In this document: positions 38,490 to 49,771 of the stretch, in pieces
Numbering within the stretch: position 1 is the first letter of the stretch
How the letters are laid out: each line of letters begins with the position of its first letter
Assembly: GCA_963797555.1 (NCBI GenBank)
Contig: CAWCPV010000016.1
Span: 1-64,000, forward strand
DNA from: an uncultured Gammaproteobacteria bacterium
GTDB taxonomy: Bacteria > Pseudomonadota > Gammaproteobacteria > CAWCPV01
Reading direction: 5' to 3'
Length of the DNA stretch: 64,000 nucleotides
Translations under genes and position numbers: made by a program
Notes under the pieces: generated by a model
The model's input: only the letters and a program-made list of their open reading frames with translations
Databases searched by the model: none
Told to the model about the DNA's origin: nothing

Positions 38490-38940
38490 CTCGGGCGTGC
38501 GGCCGGCATCGTGCCCGTCGACAGCCCGCAGCCCCACAGTGGGGGCAGACCAGCAGAAACACCTCGTAGATTCTCACCAGCAGCATCGCCCACAGGGATG
38601 AGACGTGCGTTCGGTGCACCGTCTCTGCGGCGCGCTGCACCGAACCGAACCGGTGCAGGAACGAGACAGCTCCAAAACGGCACCGGAACCCGCCCCGGGC
38701 TTGCCTGCCGCAGTGTCTCGTCCACCACTCGCGGAAGAGATGGAGCGCTGCGCTCACCACCGCAGGGTCGTGGTGCAGGACGTATCTCAGCCGCTTGGGA
38801 GCTGACAACACCCACTGTGCGCCGCGGTCTCTACCATGCGCCGCGTCATGCACGAGGGGCAGACACCACACCTCTTGCAGGAGAAGGCGATCAGGAAATC
38901 TGGCCGCACTCCGAGCAGCGCGCTCGGGCAGGCCCCGCAA
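38490..38940 (-). mobile_element. Internally deleted IS91-like transposase remnant
   Basis: QWVLSAPKRLRY, GAVSFLHRFGS and LWAMLLVRIYEVFLLVCPHCG motifs joined across a large deletion. Confidence 0.7.
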
Positions 38941-38947
38941 CCGAGCT

Positions 38948-39349
38948 TCAGAAGTGGATGGCGAGCCCGCCTCTGGCCGACAAGAAGTTCAGCGCGGTGG
39001 CACTGCTGGTGCTCGCCGGATTGGAGATGTCGCTGGTGGTCAGAACTGCATCTAGGCCCGCAAACAAGACGGTATTGTCGGTGAGGTAGAAATCTATGCC
39101 GCCCCCGACGCGCCCCGCGAATCCACTATTGTTTACCTCGAGCCCCAGGCCACCCTTGCCTTTCAGGTTGTAGGTTGCATCCCCAACGCCCACCTTCAGG
39201 AATGGCTGGACGCGTCCCATGGGAGCGTAAACCTTCAGGTTCACGGTATAAACATTGCCATCGACGGTGAGAACGTTCGCGTTGAACAGGTTGACGTTGA
39301 AGCCGGAAACCCACTCGTATTCAAACTCCGTGGACAGGTACGGGGACAC
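38948..39349 (-). pseudogene. Outer-membrane beta-barrel protein, 5'-truncated by IS5
   Basis: Amphipathic strands, RVQPFLKVGVG and GRVGGGIDFY, terminal Phe; no signal peptide. Confidence 0.72.
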
Positions 39350-39854
39350 TGCTCGATCGCGCCAACACCAGCACCGAGGCTGGGCCGACAGCGCCTACCG
39401 CTCCGAGGAGACCGAGCGGCTGCTGCGTAAGAAAGGGCTCAGGAGCCGGATTCACCGTCGCGGTCACCGTCACAAGGCGCTCAGCGTGCACCAGCAAGCG
39501 CTCAACCGGCGCCGCTCAAGCATCCGGGTGCGCGTCGAGCATGTCTTCGGCTCCCAGCACAACGAGCAAGGCGGCAAGCTCGTGCGAACCATCGGAGGGG
39601 TGCGTGCGAGGGCCAAGATAGGGCTCATGAATCTCGTCTACAACATGCCCCGGCTGAGCTACCTGGTCAGCTCAGGCGGTAAAGGTCCGATGCCGGCACC
39701 GGCCTGATCGCCGCCGGAGCCTCCGCCCGGCGCCCGCAAGGCGACGGGAGCCCTCCCAAAACCCCTCAAAAACCACTCGCTTTGACCCAATTCCCTCATC
39801 CGTGACTCGATCAGAGGGACCGACCGGCGCCAAAACCAATTCTTCGAGGTGCCC
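39350..39854 (+). mobile_element. IS5-family element, 3' half only
   Basis: Closely similar to the reverse complement of 22466-22960; ends in TTCGAGGTGCCC. Confidence 0.9.
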
Positions 39855-40091
39855 TGAAGGCAGTGTGCTTCTCATGCTGTGCTCCTTCCGAAGTGGTGAA
39901 GAGTTGTGCCAATGACAGTGCCGCCGGCTGAGCCCCGCGGCGGGTCCCGACTATGCGACGCTACCGACACCGAGTCCTCCGGAAAGCGGACGACCTGGTT
40001 TTCCGAGATATACATCTAATACCAAATTTCGGTTTTTAGTTGCCGATGATTTGGAAATTCTCGGTCAACAGAGAACGCGGACCCTTCAGCA

Positions 40092-40905
40092 TCACTTCGG
40101 GAACATCAGTTGCACCTGGAACCGGAACTGCCAGTCCGCGCCGCCGTCGGGATGCACCACGTTGGAGTACGCGCTGAACTGCGTGTTCACCGGCAGCTTG
40201 CCCAAGTGGAAGATCTTGCCGACGCCGCCGCCGAGCGGCACGGTCCACTTCTGGCCGCTGGCGGCCTTCCAGTCGACGGTCAGGATGGGCGCACTGACGA
40301 GATACAGGCCGCCCTTGAAGTTGTAGTTGACGAACGGCTGGATCAGACCGTTGTTGTAAGAGCCGCCCCGCTCGTTGCTCGACAGCGACCACACATTGTT
40401 GACCAGCGCTCCGTACACCCAAGGATCGCCGTGCTCGACATGCAGCAGCACGGCCGACGGTCCCAGCCCCCAATTCTTGTTGCCGAGCTCCGCGTTGCTG
40501 TCGGTCGGTATCTGTACGACCGGCCCCGCCCCCCATATCCATTTGCCCGGTTTGGCAGGAGACAGGAACGCCGTGAACACCGTATCGCCGATGCCGGTGG
40601 TGGCGCTGTCGCCCGGGCCCAGCGAGGGGTTCGAGATCACGGGCAGGATCGTGCGCGTGATGACATTCCACTCGCTGCTCACGGAGATGGGGATCACCGG
40701 CTGGATGTTGAGGATGTTCTGGGTGCCCTTCTCCGACCCGAAGTTGAAATTCGTATTGTTCTGGAACGGCACGCTGATCAGGTTGCCGACCGGGTTCTGT
40801 GCGAGCTTCGCCAGGTCCTCGGCGCTCATCTCGGCCCGCGCCGGGGCAGTGAGCGCGGCGGCGACGCTGACGGCGAGGAGTGCGCGGGAAAGAATGGTTT
40901 CAAGT
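40092..40905 (-). CDS. Outer-membrane protein of the so-called neuromedin U / transporter-like family
   Basis: LAKLAQNPVGNLISVPFQNN, NIQPVIP, WTVPLGGGVGK and terminal FPK. Probable frameshift just after a TTG start. Confidence 0.82.
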
Positions 40906-41386
40906 TGGTATCCTCTTTCGCCCGACCGGCCGGCGCGCCTCACCGCCGGAAGCCGTGGAAGCTGTCCAAACCACCATGCCAGCCGCCCAAACCGCCACGG
41001 CGACCGCGCAGCCAAAGGAGAGCCCCGTCATGGCGAGCACTGCGACGCCCACTCGGGAGCTGCCAGCTTCAGTTTCACTCTCACTCGCGGACCTCTATCC
41101 ACTCGTTACCGATAAAGCTCCATCGGCACCACACGGGTATATCCGGCTGTCAGCTTCCCATGGATCGGGTGGCGCATTGCCGCTTCGCAGGGGCGCGCAC
41201 TGGACGGTGGATTTATACTGGACCGCATCCGACAGTTCCATTCGGTCGACCACCTAGGCTACGTACGTAGTCGGACAAGGGGTCAGCTCGTCGCGCCCCC
41301 ATCTCTTCTCTCGGCGAGGACCGCATGCAGATCGGCCTGCCGCTCCGCGCCGGACTCGAGGACCAAGTCGGCGGCGTCCGCGTTGC

Positions 41387-41510
41387 TCACGATGGCGCCC
41401 GTGGTTGGTTGATCTCGTGGGCCATCGAGGCGGTGAGCTCGCCGGCCATGGCGAGGCGCGACGCGCGCAGCAGCTCGAAGCGGGTGCCGATAACTCGCCC
41501 GCTTACAGGC
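41387..41510 (-). pseudogene. Histidine kinase H-box fragment
   Basis: RASRLAMAGELTASMAHEINQP in an otherwise broken frame. Confidence 0.65.
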
Positions 41511-42124
41511 GTAATGGGCAAAAAGTCCTGGGCGCGATGTCCGTCTTCCGGCGTTGGCGATTGCAGCAATCGGGATGCAGATGACCATCCAGAGACCGAC
41601 TCTGGCACCTCGGATCGCGGCAGGGTCGGGCCAGGGGACCATTATGTCCTCCTCGCTCGATCTTGGCGCCGCGCTGCTTCACGGGACGCTTGACGCCCCG
41701 CTCCGAGGCCGTGTCTTGGTCGGCAACGAGGCCGGACATTTCGGCCGACCGGTCATCCAGCAGGCACTTATGAGAGGGATGCCCTGCCCCAATTTTGGGG
41801 TTCACTAATCAAGTGCGCCTTTGCCCACCTGCACCAGGCCTCCCGAAACTGGCCGGGATTGACCGGTTTGTTCCCCAGAGCTACGCTGCAAGTATATCCG
41901 AGGCGGTCAGAGTTTCGATTTTTGGGCGGCTTCATGGGGGGGCGGGCGCTCGTGTCCAAGGCCGAAGCAGGGGATTTCCGCCATACCGCCCGAGACGGAG
42001 ACTACCCGAGAATAGTGCTCTCCATCCCAAACAATCTGCTCAACACGCTGATCCAGGCAATCTCGCCGAAGGGCATATCTGAGGTGGTCCGACCCCCATG
42101 TGAGGGCTGAGACCGGGAGGCCGT

Positions 42125-43208
42125 GTGATGATCAGCTTGAAGAAGGCAGCACTGCTCGCCGGCACTTTTCTAGTGAGTGCAAGCTCCTTGGCGCAGCAGC
42201 CTTCCGCGGTCCCGCCCCCAACGCCTGGCCCGACGGAGCAGGTCGAGGCGACTCCTCCTCAGCCAAAGCCGGAGATGGAGCGGCCGACGGTCTGGGGCGA
42301 GCCGACGGAAGTGCACATCGTGATGTACGTCATCGACGTGGACGAAGTGGATTCTGCCAGTCAGAGGTTTTCCGCGAGCGTATACTACCAGGCGACGTGG
42401 AGCATCCCGTCCCTGGTTCACCAGGGTCCGGGACCGGTGGTGCGCGGTCTGACCGAAGTCTGGAATCCGCGGCTCGCTATCGTCAATCAGCAACAGGGAT
42501 GGAACGCCTACCCGGGCTTTGTCGAGATCTCCCCCAACGGCCACGTCGTGTATCGCCAGAAGGTCTGGGGTTGGTTCTCTCAGCCGCTGGACCTGCGTGA
42601 TTTTCCCATGGACCGCCAGACCCTGACAGTGCACCTCGCAGCAGCCGGCATGCTCGAGAAAGATGTCAAGATGATTTCCTTCGAAGGTGCGTATGGCAGG
42701 AAATCCGGCATCGCCAAACAATTCTCCATTCCCGACTTCGACGTTCCTGTCCTGGCGGGCGGGACCGATGCCCTACGTTGCCTACGAGGGAGCGCCGGGT
42801 ACGGCGGGGTACCAGCTTCAGATCGAGGTCCGGCGGAAGGTAGCCTACTATGTGATGAAGATCATCCTTCCGCTCTGCCTCATCGTCCTCATGTCTTGTG
42901 CGCCGCGCTGGATCGACCCGAAGCAGATCGGCACCAATGTCGGCATCTCGACCACGGCGTTCCTGACGCTCGTGGCCTATCTGTTCGCGATCAACGTTCT
43001 GCTGCCGCGGGTGTCGTACGTGACGCGCATGGACCGGTTCATCCTGCTTTCCATGTGCATGGTGTTCGCCGGCTTGCTGCAGACGGTCGCGAACACGGCA
43101 CTGGTCAGGAACGGGAAAACGGCAAAGGCTGTACGCATGGACTGGTGGTCCCGGGGCCTCTATCCGGCAGCGCTCGTCGGTATCCTGGCGGTGTCATTTT
43201 GGTTGTAG
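42125..43208 (+). pseudogene. Prokaryotic pentameric ligand-gated ion channel (GLIC/ELIC-like), frameshifted near 42745
   Basis: Signal peptide, VWNPRL and Pro-loop [22 protein letters not shown] and 4 TM helices follow in the next frame; one extra C. Confidence 0.85.
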
Positions 43209-43217
43209 CGCGGCGGA

Positions 43218-45170
43218 CCCGACTTTGACAGGAGCTACGCACATGGGTGCTGCAACACGAGGCGCGACAAGGGTTTGCCGCATTGCAGCAAAAGAGGCGT
43301 GTATCTAGGTCCTCAGCGCAGATCGAGGACCGGTGGGGGATTCTTGATTCCGAGTGCTTTCAGGCGCTTAGCGGCTGCCGGAGTCGGTTCGGTGACCTGC
43401 CAGACGGTGCCATTGGGGCTCAACAATTGTGCGAGCTTGATGTGCTTGAGGTCATCGCGGAGGTTGCGCCAGGTGTCGGCGCAGGCGTGCTCGGCCACCC
43501 GCTCGAGCAGCAGGGCCAAGACGCTCAGGGCCACGTGGGCATGGATGCGGTGCACCGCCCAGTGGTAGACGGGCCGAAGCTTCAGCCCGCTCTTCAAGGT
43601 GCGCCACGCCTCCTCCACCCGCGCGAGCTGCTTGTAGCCGAGCGCCAGGTCTTCGGGGGAGAGCGTGTCGTCGTTGCTGGTGACCACGAACTTGCCATCC
43701 AAGCGCGCCTCGGCCTTGATCTTGGCGGGGTCGAGCAGGGGATGGCCGGTGGCGCTACGCTTCAAGTAGCGACCGAAGCGCCCACTGTTGAGCAACGCAC
43801 AGGCCCGCTTGCTCTGGCCCTCGCCTGGACTCTCGCGCAGGCTCGCGAGCTCTGCCTCCAGTTCCGTCAAGAGCTCGGCGCGGTGCGCTCGGCTGCGCTC
43901 GGCCTCCTGCGGGTTGTGGCAGACGATGTAGCGTCGGCGCTGCTCGCCGACCACGACCTCCTTCACCCGCAGGTTCTGCGCGACCGGATGGTAGCGCCCG
44001 GGACGGGCGAGCACCTCGCGGGTGACCTCATCGCCGCGGCGCATGGGCACGCACACGATGTACTTGCCCCCACCGCGGGCGAGCGCTTGGAGGTTGGCCT
44101 GCGAGACCATCCCGGCATCGCCCACGAACAGACAGCGCGAGAGCTGCCAGCCCTTGAGATCGCGCTTCACCTGCTCGACGGTGCGGACATCCACCGTGTT
44201 GCCGGGGAACACCCAGTGGCGCACCGGGAAGCCGTCGCGGGTGACCGCGAGCCCGACCACGATTCTCGCGCGCATCGCCGCGCCCGTTCTTGCTGTTGCC
44301 GCGCTTCCTCGGCGCCGCGTACGGCTTGGCCCCTCTGCCGCCGCGGATCCTCGCACAACATCGTCCGGCCCCACCCCTCGGTCCTCCTCATCGACCTCGA
44401 AGTGCAGGCTGGTCGTGTCGTAGAAGACGAGATCGACATCGAGGTTCAAGAGGTCCGCCAAGCGGAAGTAGATGGCCCGCTCGATGGTCGCCTTCTCGGC
44501 TTCCAGGAAGTCCATCGCCCGGTACAGATGCTGCAACTCCAGTCGCTCGGTCTGTCCGATGCGCACCTCCTCGGCTAGCCACTGGCTGAAGCAGTAGAGC
44601 TTGGAGGCCGGAGCACAGGCGCGGTTCGCCACCATCGCGAACAGCGCCCGCTCCACCGAGAAGTCGAAACGGCGTCCTCCGACGACCTCCTCGATCACTT
44701 CGGCGATCCCAAGGCGTGCCCACAGCGCCTCCAGCACGTAGACCTCCCCGTAAGGCCAGGCGTTGACCACCTGCCAGCCCGGGTGCTCGGCCACGATGTC
44801 CTCGGGCGCGGCACGGCGCAGGATGCTCCGAGCGAGCCGGCGCAGCCGCTCGGTGACCTCGGGGGCTTCGGCACGCCCACAGTTATAGACGATGCGCGTC
44901 TCGGAGCGGCCCTTGTCCGGGTTCCAGACGCTCTCGGCGAGCTGCAGGTGGGTGATCACCGAGCCGTCGGCGCGCTTCTGGTGGGTCTCGCGCAAGTACA
45001 TGTGCGCAACTATACATGCATCACTAAGTACACATCAATGACAAGCTAACATTCCATGTATCTATGCATTTGGCGGCATGCGAGCGCCCGCTCACCGCTA
45101 ACCCGTTGATCCGCGGAACCCCGAACTCAACGTCCACCCCATCGATGTATTGGTAACTGTCAAAGTCGGG
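43218..45170 (-). mobile_element. IS1634-family element
   Basis: Terminal inverted repeats CCCGACTTTGACAG / CTGTCAAAGTCGGG; GCGGA duplicated on both flanks. Confidence 0.92.
43313..45001 (-). CDS. IS1634-family transposase
   Basis: VFYDTTSLHFE, VGDAGM and VEEAWRTLKSGLKLRPVYH motifs. Confidence 0.92.
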   Translation of the reverse strand: MYLRETHQKRADGSVITHLQLAESVWNPDKGRSETRIVYNCGRAEAPEVTERLRRLARSILRRAAPEDIVAEHPGWQVVNAWPYGEVYVLEALWARLGIAEVIEEVVGGRRFDFSVERALFAMVANRACAPASKLYCFSQWLAEEVRIGQTERLELQHLYRAMDFLEAEKATIERAIYFRLADLLNLDVDLVFYDTTSLHFEVDEEDRGVGPDDVVRGSAAAEGPSRTRRRGSAATARTGAAMRARIVVGLAVTRDGFPVRHWVFPGNTVDVRTVEQVKRDLKGWQLSRCLFVGDAGMVSQANLQALARGGGKYIVCVPMRRGDEVTREVLARPGRYHPVAQNLRVKEVVVGEQRRRYIVCHNPQEAERSRAHRAELLTELEAELASLRESPGEGQSKRACALLNSGRFGRYLKRSATGHPLLDPAKIKAEARLDGKFVVTSNDDTLSPEDLALGYKQLARVEEAWRTLKSGLKLRPVYHWAVHRIHAHVALSVLALLLERVAEHACADTWRNLRDDLKHIKLAQLLSPNGTVWQVTEPTPAAAKRLKALGIKNPPPVLDLR

Positions 45171-45426
45171 GCGGACTGACCGGTCATATTGGTGTCGGGA
45201 GCAGCGACGGCCTGACTCGCCTCTGCCCAGCCCCGGCAACTCTGGTATCGCGGGCGAAGGAGCAGGATGGCCCCGTTCTCGACCCGCTGTCGGGCACGCT
45301 CTCCAGCCCGTTGCGGGCGAGAGCGGCTTGGGCGTAATTACCCTCGGGGCCCAGCGGGACGGTTTGAGGCCAAGGCGGGTAGCAGGCTTTGGCCTCATCC
45401 GATGTGTTTTCGTAGAGCAAGACGAG

Positions 45427-45794
45427 TCATTCTAATAGACCCCGGACGGTTTCGATGAATCGGGCAGCCTCCGTCAGCGCCCGCTGCACATCGGCTGTGG
45501 GAACCGGCTCCAAGGTGTAATCGGCGACCAAGCGCAGGCTTTCCAGACGGGACAGCACAGCGCCGCTGACCGCATCCAGAGGACCGTCCTTCACGAACAG
45601 GCGTGAAAACTCGGCGATCAGACCATGATGGGTTTTCGGCCGCGGCGAACCGCTCCTCTCGAGCAGTGCCTAGGCGGCGTAATAGACCGAGTGTTAGACC
45701 CGGTCGGCGGCAGTCTCGGTGTCCCGGTCTGCGCGGCGCGGGTCGCCGCTGCCAGCGCGCGTTGCGCTTTTGCCATGAGCGGCTCGGACCTCAC
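45427..45794 (-). pseudogene. HEPN-domain protein (toxin partner), inactivated
   Basis: KTHHGLIAEFSRLFVK...LRLVADY; in-frame TAA and TAG plus a frameshift in the 5' half. Confidence 0.75.
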
Positions 45795-46139
45795 ACCTTC
45801 ACCCCCTCCGCCTCGACCGCATCCAGTAAATGCGCCGCACGGGAGCGGTCAGGATGCTCCGGTGTACCGAGGAATACCCACGGTTGAATAAGCGGTTCAT
45901 GGCTGAAAGACCGCGTAGCTGTCTTCTGCAATATCCATCTGTGCGGCCACTGGGTCATCGACCGCTTCCAGGAACACCACCACGTCGGCATCGCTGTCCG
46001 GGCGATGGTCACCCCTTGCGCGGGAGCCGAACAGCACCAGCCCGCGCAACTTCCCGCCAAACCGGTTCAGGATCCGGGCGCGGAAAGCTTCCAAGGCGGT
46101 TCGTGTGTCATGGTCGAGAGATAAGCTGTCTTGGATCAT
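45791..46139 (-). pseudogene. Minimal nucleotidyltransferase (MNT antitoxin), frameshifted
   Basis: LFGSRARGDHRPDSDADVVV; frame break near 45900. Confidence 0.8.
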
Positions 46140-46659
46140 AGCGTTCCGTTAGCGATGCTCAGGATTATGGGCGGGTTGTGCTGGCGGTTCAAGGATGCGG
46201 CCTTCGGCCTGCATCCGGGCTACCCCTGCTGAACGATGTGCCGCGATACAGCGGCGGTGCATGTCGCATTTCGGTGACGGTCCCCGTGATTGGAGTGGCG
46301 AGTTGGTGCATGAAGGAGCTTATCAAGTGTCCTCCGGAGTTCGAGTTCGGCCTCCTGTCCAAAACCCACCTGCCTGTGACCGCTGCCGAAGGCCAAGGAG
46401 TTGCTCGACAGGTTCGCGCTCACCACCTAGTCCGCCTCCGATTCTCCGGGACGAGCAGATTTCACTGGTACGGTGGCTGGCATCCCCATCTTCGACGCGG
46501 AGAAGATCAAGAGCACCATACGGGTCTAGGGGTAAGGCGCAAGACGGCCGTGTGGACCGGGAAGGGGTCCACGGGCCAGCGAAGCTGGCGCGGTTGTTCT
46601 TTGTCGGCCTGATCGTTATGGGCATCGTCGGGCTGGAGGCGGCCTCGTAGGAGCGGTCC

Positions 46660-47102
46660 GTGTACACCATCGTCATCGGTCTGCTGACCACAGGGGCGTG
46701 TGTCGCGGTTCAGTCCGCCGCGGCCGTGATGGTCGTGGAGGCCCTTCACGGGCTGGAGCGACACGGGGTCACGGTGCGCAACTTCTGGGTCGGAGTCCTG
46801 GTGTTGGAAGTGACGGTGCTCATCCTCGCCGGTTCGTTCCTGGTGCAGATCGGTTTGTGGGCATGGTGTTCTGGGCGTGGGGTGAGTTCCACGACTACGC
46901 CACGGCCTTCTATCACTCGGCGGTCAACTACACGACTCTCGGGTACGGCGACATCGTGATGTCGAAGCCATGGCGACTCCTCGGACCGCTGGAGGCGGCG
47001 AATGGCGTGCTGATGGGCGGGTTGGCGGCGGCCGTACTGTTCGCGGTGTTGTCCCACCTGATGCAAGCAGCTCGGACGCGGCGACAAAGCCGCTCGCGAT
47101 GA
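46660..47102 (+). pseudogene. Small potassium-channel-family (Ion_trans_2) protein, frameshifted near 46865
   Basis: AFYHSAVNYTTLGYGDIV selectivity filter and WRLLGPLEAANG. Confidence 0.85.
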
Positions 47103-47260
47103 GACGCTTCCACGCTGTCCGCGGGGGATGCCGCGGGGGCGCCCGGTCGCTCTCTCTGCCCGTCGAATGCAGCCTGTTTGAGTCCGGGCGCTCCCGATCG
47201 ATCTGGTGGATGTCCCCGGATTCCGAAATAATCCACTGAGGCGAATGTTGGAGCGGCGGG

Positions 47261-49648
47261 ATGGTACCGAAGATGAAGCCATGGATGCCTCGGTCGAGAA
47301 ACGTCCGCGGAATGCTCGGGATTTCCGCATCTCTTGCTGCGCAAAACGCGGCTCTCTTGATGGTTCTCGTTCTGGCGCTGTGGTCGCCGCTCCCTGCCGG
47401 GGCAGCATCGGCGCCCGGATTCGTGGGAAGCGCGCGGTGCGGCCAGTGCCACCAGGCGGAGTTCAAGTCCTGGCAGGGATCCGATCACGAGCACGCCATG
47501 ACCGAGGCGAGCCCGAAAACGGTGCTCGGCGACTTCGACGACGCCGAGTTCAGCGCCCACGGCGTCACTTCCCGCTTTTACAAGAAGGACGGCCAGTTCT
47601 TCGTCCGCACCGACGGGCCGGACGGCAAGCTGCACGACTACCCGATCCGCTACACCTTTGGCTGGTATCCGTTGCAGCAGTACCTCATCAAGTTCCCGCG
47701 CGGTCGCTTGCAGAGCCTGGGGATTGCCTGGGACAGCCGACCGAAGGAGGCCGGCGGGCAGCGCTGGTTTCACCTGTACCCGGCCGAGGACCTCAAGCCC
47801 GGCGATCCGCTGCACTGGACCGGCCGCGACCAGACATGGAACTACCAGTGCGCCGAGTGTCATTCCACCCATCTGAAGAAGAACTACGATCTCGCCACCG
47901 ACAGCTACCAGACCACCTGGGCCGAGATCGACGTCGCCTGCGAGGCCTGTCATGGCCCCGGCTCCGAGCACGTGGCGCACGCGGAGGCGGCGCGTCGGGG
48001 CGAGCTGCCGAGCACCGCCGCTCGTGAGGGCCTGGTGGTGGACCTTGCCGACCGGGACGGCGCGACTTGGGTCACCGACGAGACCCGCGGCAAGCCGCAC
48101 CGCACCAAGCCCCGGAAGTCCCACACCCAGATCGATCTCTGCGCCCGCTGCCACTCCCGCCGCGGCCAGATCTGGGACGACTATCAGTACGGCAAGCCCC
48201 TGCACCAGACCCATCGGCTGGCTCTGCTGGAGGACCAACTGTATTTCCCGGACGGGCAGATCAAGGACGAGGTCTATGTGTACGGCTCCTTTCTCCAGAG
48301 CCGCATGTACCGGGCAGGCGTGACCTGCAGCGACTGCCACGATCCCCACAGCCTGAAGCGGCGGGCCCAGGGCAACGCGCTGTGCGTGCGCTGCCACCAA
48401 CCCGCTCGCTACGACTCGACGGCCCATCATCACCATCCCAAAGACTCGCCGGGGGCCGCCTGCACCGCCTGTCACATGCCGAAGCGCACGTACATGGTGG
48501 TGGACCAGCGGGCCGACCACAGCCTACGGGTGCCGCGCCCCGATCTCAGCCTCGCCCTGGGGGTGCCGAACGCCTGCAACGGCTGCCACACCGACCGGTC
48601 GGTGCAATGGGCAGCGGATACCGTGAACCGGTGGTATCCGGACAGCACCCACCGCGGCCCGCACTTCGGTCAGGCGCTGCACGCCGCGCAGATCGGGGCA
48701 CCGGACGCGGGGGCGCGCCTGCTGGCCCTGGCCGGAGATCCCGCCCAGCCGGCGATCGCCCGCGCGACTGCGCTCGAACGGCTGAGAGACGAGGCTCGGC
48801 CCGAGCAATTGTTTACGGTGCGGCGGCTGCTGGCGGACGAGGATGCGTTGGTGCGTGCCGCCGCGGTGCGCTATCTGGAGGCCACGGATCTCCGCACCCG
48901 GGTGGATCTGGGGTGGCCGCTGCTCAACGACCCGGCCCGCACCGTGCGCCTGGAGGCGGCCCGGGTGCTGGCGCCGCTGATGCGCCAGGACCTACCCGAC
49001 GCGTATCGGGACAAGCTCTCGCAGGCTTTGGAGGAGTATGCGGCCGCCCAGGCGGTGACGGCGGAGCGCCCCGAGTCTCACGTCAACCTGGGCCTGATAG
49101 CCTTGGCGCGGGGGGCTCCGGACCAGGCAGAAACCGAGTACCGGACAGCGTTGCGGCTCGACCCGTCCTTTGCCCCAGCTTACGTCAATCTGGCCGACCT
49201 GGACCGGCAGACGGGCCGGGACCAGGAAGGCGAGGCGATCCTGCGTGCTGGCATCGAAAAAATTGCCGGGGCCGCCGATCTGCACTATTCCCTCGGGCTT
49301 CTTCTGGTGCGCGCCAAACGGCGCGAGGAGGCGGCTCGGGAACTCGAGCGTGCGTGGCGGCAGGCTCCCGCGAATGCCCGTTACGGCTACGTCTACGGGC
49401 TTGCGCTGCAGAGCCTGGGTCGGCAGGCGGAGGCGTTGGCGGTGCTGCAGCAGACATTGGAGCGGGACCCCGGCAACCGCGAGGTGCTGGTCGCGCTGGC
49501 GACCCTGTCGCGGGACGCCGGTGATCTGAAGGCCGCGCGCGGCTACGCGGCCCGGCTGGCGGAAAGGTATCCCGACGATCCCGATGCTCAGGCCCTGTTG
49601 CAGACCTTGAAAGGTGCCGATACGGGCGGCAAAACCCAGTCCCACTAG
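47261..49648 (+). CDS. Octaheme c-type cytochrome with HEAT and TPR repeats
   Basis: Eight CxxCH motifs (CGQCH, CAECH, CEACH, CARCH, CSDCH, CVRCH, CTACH, CNGCH), signal peptide and C-terminal TPRs. Confidence 0.92.
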   Translation: MVPKMKPWMPRSRNVRGMLGISASLAAQNAALLMVLVLALWSPLPAGAASAPGFVGSARCGQCHQAEFKSWQGSDHEHAMTEASPKTVLGDFDDAEFSAHGVTSRFYKKDGQFFVRTDGPDGKLHDYPIRYTFGWYPLQQYLIKFPRGRLQSLGIAWDSRPKEAGGQRWFHLYPAEDLKPGDPLHWTGRDQTWNYQCAECHSTHLKKNYDLATDSYQTTWAEIDVACEACHGPGSEHVAHAEAARRGELPSTAAREGLVVDLADRDGATWVTDETRGKPHRTKPRKSHTQIDLCARCHSRRGQIWDDYQYGKPLHQTHRLALLEDQLYFPDGQIKDEVYVYGSFLQSRMYRAGVTCSDCHDPHSLKRRAQGNALCVRCHQPARYDSTAHHHHPKDSPGAACTACHMPKRTYMVVDQRADHSLRVPRPDLSLALGVPNACNGCHTDRSVQWAADTVNRWYPDSTHRGPHFGQALHAAQIGAPDAGARLLALAGDPAQPAIARATALERLRDEARPEQLFTVRRLLADEDALVRAAAVRYLEATDLRTRVDLGWPLLNDPARTVRLEAARVLAPLMRQDLPDAYRDKLSQALEEYAAAQAVTAERPESHVNLGLIALARGAPDQAETEYRTALRLDPSFAPAYVNLADLDRQTGRDQEGEAILRAGIEKIAGAADLHYSLGLLLVRAKRREEAARELERAWRQAPANARYGYVYGLALQSLGRQAEALAVLQQTLERDPGNREVLVALATLSRDAGDLKAARGYAARLAERYPDDPDAQALLQTLKGADTGGKTQSH

Positions 49649-49771
49649 CGTCGGCGAGGACGAAAACGGCAGCAACGCGCGGTCAGGAAGGGATTGCCAG
49701 CAGTGAGCATGGCAGACGCAGCGCCGACATGGAAAGCTGCCTTTTCAACAACTTCATAAAGGTGCATCGAG

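Noticed and set aside
43247-44578. Long antisense ORFs (also 46928-48520, 56839-58452, 10316-11722, 35774-37264)
   Set aside because: Shadow frames opposite real high-GC genes, with no recognisable motifs.
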